Made by a program: the position numbers and the translations under genes. The notes under the pieces were generated by a model. That model was given only the letters and a program-made list of their open reading frames with translations. It had not been told where the DNA came from and did no database searches. Below, in pieces: positions 1-9,132 of a stretch of 64,000 nt of DNA. Each line of letters opens with the position of its first letter. The stretch's first letter is position 1. Source of the stretch: Christensenella sp. UBA7588 (GTDB lineage Bacteria > Bacillota > Clostridia > Christensenellales > CAG-917); assembly GCA_002478945.1 (NCBI GenBank), contig DLKM01000026.1, positions 348-64,347 on the forward strand, given 5' to 3'.

Positions 1-633
1 TATCATCAACGCCGATTGCGCGTTGAGCGGACAATGAAGCGTGACGAAATCGGAATTTGCAAATACTTCCTCTTTTGATACGCTTCCGTCAAACGGCGTG
101 CGATTGTTAATGAGCAGTTTCATACCGAAAGCAGAACCGATTTTAGACACTTTTTTGCCTATACTTCCATAGCCGACAATGCCGAGAGTTTTTCCGTACA
201 ACTCGCTTATCGTATCGACGGTATATGAAAAATCACGACAATTTTGCCACTCTCCCCTATGCACCGACGCATCGTGAGCGGAAACTTTTGACGCAAACTC
301 GAGTATAAACGCAAACACGAGTTGCGCAACGGAATCCGTGCTGTAATACGGCACGTTGCATACGGTTATACCTCTTTCTTTTGCGTATTCGATGTCGATG
401 ACGTTGTAGCCCGTTGCCAAAACGCTGATAAGTTTGACGTTTTTGCACTTTGAAAGCACGTCTTTTGACAAAACCACCTTGTTGACTATGACGATTTGCG
501 CGTCTCCGATACGCTCAACGACGTCCTCGGGAGCGGTATAATCATAGTACGTCACGTCTCCGTACGCATTGAGAAAGTCAAAATTCAGTTCTTTACCTTT
601 AGCGGTTGCGCCGTCTAGTATTACTATTTTCAT
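1..633 (-). CDS. D-isomer-specific 2-hydroxyacid dehydrogenase family protein (N-terminal ~211 codons; C-terminus lies beyond the window edge)
   Basis: My own minus-strand translation from ATG at 633-631 reads MKIVILDGATAKGKELNFDFLNAYGDVTYYDY... It has the NAD-binding GxGxxG motif (GIVGYGSIGKKV). The frame is open to the window edge, so it is absent from the ORF track. Confidence 0.8.
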   Translation of the reverse strand, partial: MKIVILDGATAKGKELNFDFLNAYGDVTYYDYTAPEDVVERIGDAQIVIVNKVVLSKDVLSKCKNVKLISVLATGYNVIDIEYAKERGITVCNVPYYSTDSVAQLVFAFILEFASKVSAHDASVHRGEWQNCRDFSYTVDTISELYGKTLGIVGYGSIGKKVSKIGSAFGMKLLINNRTPFDGSVSKEEVFANSDFVTLHCPLNAQSALMI

Positions 634-640
634 AATCAAA

Positions 641-974
641 TTAATAGAGTGCGTCGTAACTCCTCTAAATACAATAACCCCCTCTTTCCGGACACGCCGG
701 TATTTCTCCCACCACTCGTATAAGGGCAATTCTCTACAACATTGTCCGTCGCTCGTGGGGGCGACAAGACGCGATTGACGCAAAGCGTAACAATCGCTAT
801 TCCGTCGCTACGCTCCTTACGGCACTCACATAGATAGGGACATTTCTCTCGTTGTGCCACTGCGCTTTGTGCGCCAGCTACGCAACAACACGGCGCAGTC
901 GCTTGTACTAATCGTCAAGTTCGGCACTCAAAGGCTCGCCACCTTGCGGCTCGAAATTCCGTCTCCGAAATAAT
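641..974 (+). repeat. Dispersed structured intergenic element, copy A (core)
   Basis: Shares CCCCCTCTTTCCGGACACGCCGGTATTTCTCCCACCACTCG with copy D. Shares GGCACTCACATAGATAGG with B/D/E. Shares GCGCTTTGTGCGCC...GGCGCAGTCGCTTGTACTAATCGTCAAGTTCGGCACTCAAAGGCTCGCC.CCTTGCGGCTCGAAATTCCGTCTCCGAA with C/E. Confidence 0.85.
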
Positions 975-1042
975 GAAAATCAACGTATTTGCGACAACCA
1001 TTCACTCTACAATGAGTGTAATATTGAGATGAAGAACAAGGA

Positions 1043-1105
1043 AGATGCGTTTGCACGGCAACCCTAATTTACTTATGGTAAATGAGTTGACGGACAAATG
1101 CGTCT
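1043..1105 (+). repeat. Long-hairpin module H1 (variable basal stem, conserved apex CAACCCTAATTTAC-loop-GTAAATGAGTTG)
   Basis: AGATGCGTTTG pairs with CAAATGCGTCT. The apex is near-identical to the module at 60175-60237. Flanks are CAAGGAAG and CTGACG. Confidence 0.7.
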
Positions 1106-1174
1106 GACGATGTTATTCGCTCAATAGTGCGTTCAAACTCGTTTAACCACGATATTTGCGCGTTAGGCAAGGAA

Positions 1175-1235
1175 GCGGGCATACGAAACAAAACCAAACG
1201 TACATTTAGTACGTGATTTTGGAGCGTATGCGCGC
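1175..1235 (+). repeat. Long-hairpin module H2 (tandem, diverged copy of the H1 unit)
   Basis: GCGGGCATACG pairs with CGTATGCGCGC and there is an inner CGTAC/GTACG stem. It has the same CAAGGAAG...CTGACGC flanks. The unit is bounded by 13-bp direct repeats AATAGTGCGTTCA at 1123-1135 and 1254-1266; the second covers the stop codon of the upstream CDS. Confidence 0.6.
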
Positions 1236-1263
1236 TGACGCAGCATCACGCCAAATAGTGCGT

Positions 1264-1713
1264 TCATTGCTCGACAAGCGCGCGTTTACGGTCGTTTATA
1301 ATCCCCAAACCGTCACGCATTGACTTCTCTGCTCCGTCAAGAATATTGAAAGCAAGCGAACGCGCTTCGTAATCCATTTTGTGATAGTTTTCCTCTGCTT
1401 CGCGTTGCATTGCTTCGGCTTCGGTTTTTGCGCGTTTGTAGACCTCGGTATCGGTCATCAAAAGTTTGGCTTGCGCTTCGGCTTTGTCCATAGTATCGTT
1501 GGCGTACGCTTCGGCTTTTGCGATAATGTCGTCGCGCTCTTTTTTGATTTGCGTTGCCTCTCTCAATACGAGCGGATAACTTGCTCTGAATCGAGAAATA
1601 AGGTCAAGCAAAACCGCTTTGTTGATAACGATGTCGGTGCTGCTGAACGCCGCTTTTTTGGCTTTTAGCACTTCGCTTTCGATTTCGTTGATAAGCATAT
1701 CGATGGTTTCCAT
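1264..1713 (-). CDS. Coiled-coil protein of unknown function (resembles small ATPase-subunit-b/H-like or DivIVA-like helical proteins)
   Basis: 149-aa ORF with charged heptad-like sequence (KAEAYANDTMDKAEAQAKLL...). RBS AAGGGG lies upstream. It is last in the co-directional alr-to-coaD gene string. Confidence 0.5.
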   Translation of the reverse strand: METIDMLINEIESEVLKAKKAAFSSTDIVINKAVLLDLISRFRASYPLVLREATQIKKERDDIIAKAEAYANDTMDKAEAQAKLLMTDTEVYKRAKTEAEAMQREAEENYHKMDYEARSLAFNILDGAEKSMRDGLGIINDRKRALVEQ

Positions 1714-1774
1714 ATTCTGTCCCCTTTTGTATATTCGTATTTATTCGTGCAAGCACGGTATTTTCAAATCTGAA

Positions 1775-2785
1775 TTATTCCAACGTCGCAAACTCTTTGG
1801 ACGTAACGAGCGGAATTGCAACCGACGGAAGATTGCGATAATCTCCGTTTTTAATCTGCTCTCTGACAAGAGTCGAGCTTATATCGACGTATCTGTCGAG
1901 AGTGATAAACACAGTCTCGAAGCCGTGAACGGAATTGTACTCCGCCATTTCTTTTTCGTAAGATTCGTCGTCGGAATTGCGAATGCCTCTGACAATGGCG
2001 GTCGCACCTACTGCTTTTGCCGTGTCTACGGCAAAATCGTGCGACAATATCGCTCTCGCGCCCTTTTTGTATTTGCAAACTTCTTGGCAAATCGCAAGCC
2101 TTTGCGCGTCGTTGAACGTATATTTCTTGTCGGGATTTATCAGGCACGCAACGACTACTTCGTCAAATTGACACAACGCCTCGTCCAAAAGTGCCTCGTG
2201 ACCTCTCGTAAACGGGTCGAAACTGCCCGTCATAAGCGCAACGCTTTTGCGAGATATAAACTCGCAAGTAACCGTTCCCATCTTTTTGGTGCGTTGTTTG
2301 AAACGCGAATCTTGCAGTTCGTAACGCTTTTCCGTGCCGTGTTCGAACACGATTATACCGTCTTTTGCGAGCAAGTCTAATTCGATGATAATTTCGATTG
2401 CGAGTTCTGCGAGATTTGTTGCGTACGGAGGGTCGAGAAATATCAAATCGTATTTTTTCCCTGCAACGAAACTCGAGCGAAGCGCAGAGGAAAAATCCGA
2501 ATTGACAACCTTGTAATTGCCGTCGATTCCTTTGAGATTCTGATACACCAAAGATACGCTGTCCTTGCTTCTGTCAACGAACGTAACGTCGCTTGCGCCT
2601 CTCGATATACACTCGATACCCAAAGAGCCGCTTCCTGCAAATAAATCAAGCACCACGGCTCCCGCAACGTAGCCTTGAAGCACGTTGAAAAGCGTTTCTT
2701 TTATTCTCGTCGTCGTTGGACGTACGCTTTCGTCTTTCGGCGAAATCAAATTTTTGCCTCTGTATTTGCCTGCTACAACTCTCAT
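1775..2785 (-). CDS. rsmD/coaD: Fusion protein: 16S rRNA m2G966 methyltransferase RsmD (N-terminal) plus phosphopantetheine adenylyltransferase CoaD (C-terminal)
   Basis: N-terminal half has the SAM motif VLDLFAGSGSLGIE and DPPY. C-terminal half has TGSFDPFTRGHE, RGIR and ISSTLVRE. No stop codon separates the two halves. The start overlaps the upstream stop (ATGA). Confidence 0.85.
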   Translation of the reverse strand: MRVVAGKYRGKNLISPKDESVRPTTTRIKETLFNVLQGYVAGAVVLDLFAGSGSLGIECISRGASDVTFVDRSKDSVSLVYQNLKGIDGNYKVVNSDFSSALRSSFVAGKKYDLIFLDPPYATNLAELAIEIIIELDLLAKDGIIVFEHGTEKRYELQDSRFKQRTKKMGTVTCEFISRKSVALMTGSFDPFTRGHEALLDEALCQFDEVVVACLINPDKKYTFNDAQRLAICQEVCKYKKGARAILSHDFAVDTAKAVGATAIVRGIRNSDDESYEKEMAEYNSVHGFETVFITLDRYVDISSTLVREQIKNGDYRNLPSVAIPLVTSKEFATLE

Positions 2786-3357
2786 AGCGTTTCTCCGTAT
2801 CTGTTTTCAGTTTGTCCGTCGGCGGTAATTATGCGTTTTTCGGTTACCACGCAGTCAAGCGGAATATCAAATTCACACGTTTCAAGCCCTTCCACGCATT
2901 GACAATCGAAAGCAAGTCCTATGGTATAGCAATCGTGCGAAGCAAGGTATCTGTCGTAATAACCTTTGCCGTGACCTGCGCGATTGAGTCCGTCAAAAGC
3001 GACGAGCGGAACGATTGCAACGTCAATATCTTCCACTTTATGCGAGCCTACGGGTTCGAGAATTCCCCACTTATTCGTTCTGAAATTCGTAAACGGAGAT
3101 ATTGCCACGGCGTCCATTTCGTCGCCTCTGACTCTCGGCACGCAAACGACTTTTTCAAGCATCAGCGCAAGCCCGACGATTTCTTCCGTGTTCGGCTCGC
3201 TTGAAGTGCCGAGATAGACAAAAACCTTGTGAGCGTGCGTAAACTCGTCGATTCCGCTCAAAGCGTCCGCAATCGCTCCGCTTGCCCACTCTTTCTGTTC
3301 GTCAGTCATCTTCGCAAGATTTGCGACGGCAGTTTTTCTCGCTTGTTTTTTGTCCAT
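2782..3357 (-). CDS. 5-formyltetrahydrofolate cyclo-ligase
   Basis: 191 aa with the family pattern ...CVPRV...WGILEP...IDVAIVPLVAFD..G.R.G.G.GYYDRYL. RBS AAAGGTG. Confidence 0.8.
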   Translation of the reverse strand: MDKKQARKTAVANLAKMTDEQKEWASGAIADALSGIDEFTHAHKVFVYLGTSSEPNTEEIVGLALMLEKVVCVPRVRGDEMDAVAISPFTNFRTNKWGILEPVGSHKVEDIDVAIVPLVAFDGLNRAGHGKGYYDRYLASHDCYTIGLAFDCQCVEGLETCEFDIPLDCVVTEKRIITADGQTENRYGETL

Positions 3358-4351
3358 TATAGCACCTTTTCACACGCCCTTTCCACGACGTATAGACGCA
3401 ATATTCTATAGTTTTTCTTTGTCTTGCAACCGTTTCGGCGCAGTTTTCGTCAAGCAAAGCGACCTGCTGTCCTACTCGTGCGAGAGTATCCCCCGTATCC
3501 ACGACGAACATATCCATACACACGTCGCCTATCACTTTGCAAGGCTTTTTGTCGATATAAACGTCGGAAGGGTTCTCTCTGTCAACTCCGTCGGCGTAGC
3601 CTCCGAAAACGACCGCCGTATTCGTGTCTCTTGTCACGGCGTAGTTTCCGTAACTTACGCACTCTCCCGCTTTCAGCCGTCTGCTTTCCAGTACTTGCGA
3701 AAACACGCTCATTGCGCCCGTATATGCGCCGATTCCAACCCTTACGGCATCGAATCGCAATCTCTCGTTCGCAAGCGAATGTGTGGACGCAAGATGCACT
3801 TTGGCATTTGGATAAACGTCTTTAACGGCGCAAACGCATCTGTTGAATTCCTCAAGTTGCGCCAAAGTTCCGTCACGAAGATGCGAATACACTCCTTCGA
3901 CGTTAAATCCGCTCGTTTTGAGCATTCTAACGGTATTTTTTGCACCGTCGTAATCAAAGCCGAGTCTGTGCATACCGCTGTCGACTTTGATATGAATTCT
4001 TGCGCCGTGCGTATCGATTGCGCCCTTTTTGGCAAGAGCGCGCAACGTTTGCACTTGTTCTAAGTTGTGAATTGCGACGATTGCACCGAGTTTTATCGCA
4101 GAGCGCAATTCCTCGCAGGCGCACGCGCACAATAATATATCCTTGCGTATGCCCGACTTTTTCAGCTTGCGAGCTTCCTCTACGGTAACGACGCCGAAAG
4201 CCGAAACGACGTTTTCCGTCGCTTTTGCCACTTGCACCGATCCCATACCGTAAGCGTCTGCTTTTACCATAAGCAAAATCGGCACGCCGACACTTTCTTT
4301 TATCTTTGCGATATTGCGCCTTATTACGTCAAGGTCAACGACGATTTTCAG
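3302..4351 (-). CDS. alr: Alanine racemase (start extended upstream of the track ORF to a probable CTG)
   Basis: PLP-lysine motif VKADAYGMG. The frame stays open 22 codons upstream of the listed GTG (LKIVVDLDVIRRNIAKIKESVG) back to a TAG. GAGGTGG lies about 9 nt before CTG at 4351-4349. Confidence 0.8.
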   Translation of the reverse strand: MKIVVDLDVIRRNIAKIKESVGVPILLMVKADAYGMGSVQVAKATENVVSAFGVVTVEEARKLKKSGIRKDILLCACACEELRSAIKLGAIVAIHNLEQVQTLRALAKKGAIDTHGARIHIKVDSGMHRLGFDYDGAKNTVRMLKTSGFNVEGVYSHLRDGTLAQLEEFNRCVCAVKDVYPNAKVHLASTHSLANERLRFDAVRVGIGAYTGAMSVFSQVLESRRLKAGECVSYGNYAVTRDTNTAVVFGGYADGVDRENPSDVYIDKKPCKVIGDVCMDMFVVDTGDTLARVGQQVALLDENCAETVARQRKTIEYCVYTSWKGRVKRCYNGQKTSEKNCRRKSCEDD

Positions 4352-4416
4352 TTTTATAACCCACCTCGGCTATCATTGTATGAGCCGAATGCGAAAACCG
4401 TGAAAGCGTTGTACTC

Positions 4417-6615
4417 TTAACCTCTTTTATAATAGTTGATAAGGCAACCGTCGGCTATTATTTGTTTTTCGGCTTCGGTAAGTGCGTCCATATGAACGTT
4501 TATTCTTTGAGCCTTGCAGTCGCGCACGAGGTACGCTTCAAAATCTTTGCCGTGCAACACGCTGTCTCTTGCGTTTGCTATTACGACGACGTCGCCTTTT
4601 CTATACTGCGTTTCGCTATCCAACAGCGGCAACATACCCCAGTTTATAAGATTCGAGCGGTATCTCTTTGTGGCGTATTCTCTTGCGATATTTGCGCCAC
4701 CGCCCAAAAAGCGTTGGCAACTTGCCGCCTGCTCTCTTGCGCTGCCGTCTCCCGGCTTTCTTGCGAATATACAAGAATTTATCGTCGTATCGTCCACATT
4801 CAATCCGCAAAGACGAATCGCTTTTTTCACGTCCTCGTTGTCGCTGTCTCTGACCTGCTTGCTTTCTTTGACGTACGCAGGGTCTTTCCTCGACAGCGCA
4901 AATTCGGCAAGTCGCAACGGATTGCTCCTGTAAGACGACGTTTCTCCCGAAGGTATAAGTTCGTCCGTAGTCGTAACGGGGTCCTCGATAACCGAGCAGA
5001 CTTTGAGTGCGAGATTCGTTTTGAGCGGTTCGATTGTCGGAATATCCGTAATATTAGGTCCGTAAACGAGTTCAACGGACGAATCGGCTTTGCCGAAACC
5101 GTCGTATACTCTCGAAGCATATACTTGCGGATTGTATTCGAACTTTTCAAATTCGTCGTCAAAGTCCATATCGAGCGCAGACGTCAACACTCCTCCGTTT
5201 GCGGCGGTTGCCGCAATGGAGCGTGCGTCCATAAGCGCAACGGAAGCAATTTGCTTGTCGGCAGGTTTGCTTCCCTCTCTGCGTTCAAAATTCCTCGTCG
5301 TATGCCTTATGCTGAAACCGTTGTTGCAAGGCACGTCTCCCGCGCCGAAACACGGTCCGCAAAAACAAGGCTTGACGATTGCTCCGCTCTCTATGAAATT
5401 TGCAATCGCTCCGTTTTTGACGAGAGCGTAATTTGTCGGTTGAGAACCGGGATAGATTGTCAGCGAAAACTCTCCTTCCCCGACGCTCTTGCCTTTAAGT
5501 ATGTTTGCGGCGCACATAAGATTGTCGTAAGTACCGCCTGCGCAACCTGCGATAACGCCTTGAGACACGACGACTTTGCCGTCCTTGATTTTGTCCGTCA
5601 ACTTAAATTCGCCGTCAAGTCCGAGCAATGCGTTGCCGTCTTTTTCGACTTGAGACAAAATCTCGTACGGATGAGCGATAACGTCGGCAAGTTTATATAC
5701 GTTGGACGGATGAAACGGAAGCGCAATCATCGGTTCGACCTTTGACAAATCTATCACGATGCCTGCGTCGTATTCTGCGCCGTCTTTCGGCTCGAGCGTT
5801 TCGTAATCGTTCTCTCTGCCGTAAGCGCTAAGATACTCTCTGACCTTTTCGTCTGTACGCCATACGCTTGACAGACACGCGCTTTCCGTGGTCATAACGT
5901 CGATGCCGTTTCTATATTCCACCGACAAACCGTCTATTCCGTCTCCGACAAACTCCAATACGGCGTTTTTTACAAATCCGTTTTTGAATACCGCTCCGAT
6001 AAGAGCAAGCGCGACGTCTTGCGGACCTACGCCTTTACGCACTTTGCCCGTAAGTTCCACAGCAATTACGCGAGGATAATCTACGTCGTAGGTACGTCCC
6101 AACAGTTGTTTGACAAGCTCGGGGCCGCCCTCTCCGATTGCAATCGTGCCGAGCGCGCCGTATCTCGTGTGCGAGTCGCTGCCGAGAATCATCTTGCCGC
6201 AACCTGCAAATCGCTCCCTCATATAACTATGTATAACCGCAACGTTTGCAGGAACGTAAATTCCGCCGTACTTTTTTGCGCAGGACAGACCGAAAACGTG
6301 GTCGTCCTCGTTTATCGTGCCGCCTACCGCGCAAAGCGAGTTATGGCAGTTGGTAAGAACGTACGGAACGGGAAATTCTTTAAGTCCGCTTGCCTTTGCG
6401 GATTGAATGATGCCGACGTACGTTATATCGTGCGACGCCAACGCGTCGAAACGCACGTTGAGCTTTTTATCGTCGCCGCCAACGCTGTGTTTTGACAAAA
6501 TTCCATAAGCGATAGTGCCTTTTTTGTCGCATTTCACGCCTTTTTCGTGAGCCTCGTTTTCGTCGACGAGACGACGCGAGACGTAACAAACTTTTTTGTC
6601 GATAAGTTTTATCAT
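4417..6615 (-). CDS. Aconitase-family hydratase (putative aconitate hydratase)
   Basis: 732 aa with Fe-S ligand regions ILGSDSHTRYG and CFCGPCFG, and a C-terminal swivel-domain-like segment (GDGSAREQAA...INWG). Confidence 0.8.
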   Translation of the reverse strand: MIKLIDKKVCYVSRRLVDENEAHEKGVKCDKKGTIAYGILSKHSVGGDDKKLNVRFDALASHDITYVGIIQSAKASGLKEFPVPYVLTNCHNSLCAVGGTINEDDHVFGLSCAKKYGGIYVPANVAVIHSYMRERFAGCGKMILGSDSHTRYGALGTIAIGEGGPELVKQLLGRTYDVDYPRVIAVELTGKVRKGVGPQDVALALIGAVFKNGFVKNAVLEFVGDGIDGLSVEYRNGIDVMTTESACLSSVWRTDEKVREYLSAYGRENDYETLEPKDGAEYDAGIVIDLSKVEPMIALPFHPSNVYKLADVIAHPYEILSQVEKDGNALLGLDGEFKLTDKIKDGKVVVSQGVIAGCAGGTYDNLMCAANILKGKSVGEGEFSLTIYPGSQPTNYALVKNGAIANFIESGAIVKPCFCGPCFGAGDVPCNNGFSIRHTTRNFERREGSKPADKQIASVALMDARSIAATAANGGVLTSALDMDFDDEFEKFEYNPQVYASRVYDGFGKADSSVELVYGPNITDIPTIEPLKTNLALKVCSVIEDPVTTTDELIPSGETSSYRSNPLRLAEFALSRKDPAYVKESKQVRDSDNEDVKKAIRLCGLNVDDTTINSCIFARKPGDGSAREQAASCQRFLGGGANIAREYATKRYRSNLINWGMLPLLDSETQYRKGDVVVIANARDSVLHGKDFEAYLVRDCKAQRINVHMDALTEAEKQIIADGCLINYYKRG

Positions 6616-6681
6616 ACTTGTCCTTTATGCCGTAAATTCAAGCATTCGTTGCAAAAAACGCTTCGGAATGCCTGATTTCTA

Positions 6682-7152
6682 TTATTTTTTGTTTTTATCT
6701 TTCTTTTCGGGAGTGAAAACCTCAACTATAACGTCTCCTCTGTGCGCACGCAGTTGAGCAATGAAATCGTCGACTTTCTGAGTCGGGATATTCACTCTGA
6801 AACTGATATTTCCGTCCGTTTCCTTCACGCCTTTCGTGATAAGGTAGATTTCTCTCGTTTCGCTGTTTTGTTTTACGCAAACGATGTCCGAATAGCCGAA
6901 TTTGTCGACGAAAACGCCCAAAGACGTGACGAGAATGTAGTCTTTGAACTTGTAGTAACTGTTGAAAATCATAAGCAATGCCAAAACGGCAATGAGAACT
7001 GCCGCGCCGAGCGACACTCCCGCTATGGCAGGTTCTGCAGAAACGCTGCCTACAAGCATCGCTATATCTACGCCGACGATTGCAAGCGCGCCTGCAACGA
7101 TAAGCGCAAGCAAAACGGTTTTTACTATACCGAAATACATTCTGAATTTCAT
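6682..7152 (-). CDS. Membrane protein, two N-terminal TM helices plus a small soluble (bPH-like) domain
   Basis: 156-aa ORF with a hydrophobic N-terminus. RBS AGGAGCGG. Confidence 0.5.
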   Translation of the reverse strand: MKFRMYFGIVKTVLLALIVAGALAIVGVDIAMLVGSVSAEPAIAGVSLGAAVLIAVLALLMIFNSYYKFKDYILVTSLGVFVDKFGYSDIVCVKQNSETREIYLITKGVKETDGNISFRVNIPTQKVDDFIAQLRAHRGDVIVEVFTPEKKDKNKK

Positions 7153-7183
7153 AATCCGCTCCTATTTACGATATTTGGCAACC

Positions 7184-8179
7184 TTACTCTATCGAGTCTT
7201 TATCCGTTTCGTCATTCGATTCCGTCAAATCGGCTTTGTCTTGTTGCTCCGTTCTGTATCCGAACTCCACCGTATTTACCACCGACGTCGCGTCCGTATA
7301 GAAGCTGAATCCTTTCGTCTTATAATAGCCGATAAGCTCTATTGCGCGAAGAATGAAATAATACAGCGACGGCAGAATCACGGACATAAGACCGCCCGTG
7401 GGTATCGAGAACGTCGTAGCAAACAGGTAAACGATTGTAAAAGTGACTGCGTAGGACTTGAAAAGACCGCCTACGTTTGACTTTACATAGGTCAGACTTC
7501 TTGCAAAAGCGGTAAACTCTTTTTCTTCGGGATGGAAAAGAAGTCTCGGCAACCACCCTGCGAAAAGCGTGGCTCTAAGCGAACAGAACACGACTCCGAG
7601 AACGAAAAGTATCGGCACGATGAAAAAGCCGATAAAACGGAACAAACCGAACGCTATCGAAGCTATTATCGTGAAAATAATCAAATCGATAGGCAATGCG
7701 ATTGCAAGTCTCGAAAGCGAATATCTCACGCATTTTTTGAAGTTGAGCGCAAGGTTGCTCGCAAAACCGAACTTAAGGTTGGACGCCATTATATTGTTGA
7801 TTATATCGGCAAGCGCATAATACGACAATCCGAACAAGAAACAATAGAACGCATACAAAAACACACCCGCAAACGCAAGTCCCGTCGCAACTCCTGCGTT
7901 TTGTCCCAAATCGCTCAATATGTTCTGCACTTCCAAAAACGCGCAGGACAGCGTACCCCTTATGGTACTCGAGCCGTCCCATACCGTGGATAAACACGCC
8001 TTTAGGGAATCGACGTGTACGGATATATCCGACTCGCAAGCAACGACGTTCCAAATCGGCAATATAATTGCCGCGCCGAGCGCGAGCGTAAGCGCAAGGC
8101 ATATCAAAATCCACAAGAAGATTTTGAGCGCATATCCCATATTGGAAAAGAGCATTGACAAAGAATACTTAAATTCCAT
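7184..8179 (-). CDS. Polytopic membrane protein, unknown function
   Basis: Multiple hydrophobic helices. Start trimmed to MEFKYSL, which has GGAGAGG upstream. Confidence 0.5.
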   Translation of the reverse strand: MEFKYSLSMLFSNMGYALKIFLWILICLALTLALGAAIILPIWNVVACESDISVHVDSLKACLSTVWDGSSTIRGTLSCAFLEVQNILSDLGQNAGVATGLAFAGVFLYAFYCFLFGLSYYALADIINNIMASNLKFGFASNLALNFKKCVRYSLSRLAIALPIDLIIFTIIASIAFGLFRFIGFFIVPILFVLGVVFCSLRATLFAGWLPRLLFHPEEKEFTAFARSLTYVKSNVGGLFKSYAVTFTIVYLFATTFSIPTGGLMSVILPSLYYFILRAIELIGYYKTKGFSFYTDATSVVNTVEFGYRTEQQDKADLTESNDETDKDSIE

Positions 8180-8206
8180 ATTCCTCTCCGAAACACGAGG
8201 CAAAGC

Positions 8207-9082
8207 CTAGTTTTCTTTTATTTTTTTGGACCAAATGTCCTTCTTTTTTTGGATTAAATCCATTCTTTCCGTTCCCGTAACGTCGTAGAAAACGATATAA
8301 GTCAACGTGACGTAGAACGGCACGACTACGACGTAAGCGATTACGTCAAGCAAAATTTGCGCAATCACGCCTGCGTCGAGCGCACCGCACAGTACCATAG
8401 CAAGTTCTATGGGCGCAATGCAGGTAAACAACGTAAACGCCGTTCTCGTAACCCTGCCCGACATACTGTGAAGCGCTCTGCCGAGCGCAACTTTTGCGGA
8501 CAAGCCCGTATGCAGACAATAAGGCGACCAAAGAATCAGCCACGTCATAAGCGCGAGCATCACGAATTGAACGACAATCAACGTCAAAGACGAAAACACG
8601 AGCCACGTTACCCTGCTTTCGAACGCTACAAACCACAAATAGTAAAACGCCGTAACGACGAGATTGCTCACTTCGAGTGCCGCAAACGCGGTAATTCCGA
8701 AACGCAAAGCCGTCAGCAAATTGTGATTGAGCCTCGTTTTGACTTTCGTCGGAGACACGGTAAACTCTCCGAGTCGCATATGTCTGTCGATAACGCCGAA
8801 CATTATCGCAAGCGCAAACACCAACAAAACGAGACCTATTATGCCGAGATACCAATACGAAAACGGCAAATCTCTCATCTCGAGGAACATCTGCGCAAAG
8901 TTTTGCGGAGCAATCGTCTTGTACTCGAACAAATAATTGAGCGTAGACGAGGGCGAAAGCAAAAACGGAATGAGGAGCGACGGCGCAATCGAGATAAGCA
9001 TCAGATACGCGCCTTTATCGAGAAAATATTTCCAAGTCGCCTTGAAACAGTTCATATTCTTCGTACTGTCGATTACACGCAT
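8207..9082 (-). CDS. Polytopic membrane protein, unknown function
   Basis: 291 aa with multiple TM helices. RBS AAGGAGGG. Lies directly downstream of valS. Confidence 0.5.
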   Translation of the reverse strand: MRVIDSTKNMNCFKATWKYFLDKGAYLMLISIAPSLLIPFLLSPSSTLNYLFEYKTIAPQNFAQMFLEMRDLPFSYWYLGIIGLVLLVFALAIMFGVIDRHMRLGEFTVSPTKVKTRLNHNLLTALRFGITAFAALEVSNLVVTAFYYLWFVAFESRVTWLVFSSLTLIVVQFVMLALMTWLILWSPYCLHTGLSAKVALGRALHSMSGRVTRTAFTLFTCIAPIELAMVLCGALDAGVIAQILLDVIAYVVVVPFYVTLTYIVFYDVTGTERMDLIQKKKDIWSKKIKEN

Positions 9083-9132
9083 ATACCGCCCTCCTTTTCG
9101 TTATTTTTATTTTTTCGTTTAATTTTCGATTT

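Noticed and set aside
1100-1112. CTGACGA after hairpin H1, considered as a hammerhead-ribozyme CUGANGA core.
   Set aside because: The equivalent position in H2 and in the 60175-60237 module reads CTGACGC. No GAAA core or three-way junction can be drawn.
1043-1235. The long imperfect hairpins, considered as integron attC sites.
   Set aside because: There are no RYYYAAC / GTTRRRY core sites at the arm ends, no integron integrase, and no cassette-like promoterless ORFs between them.
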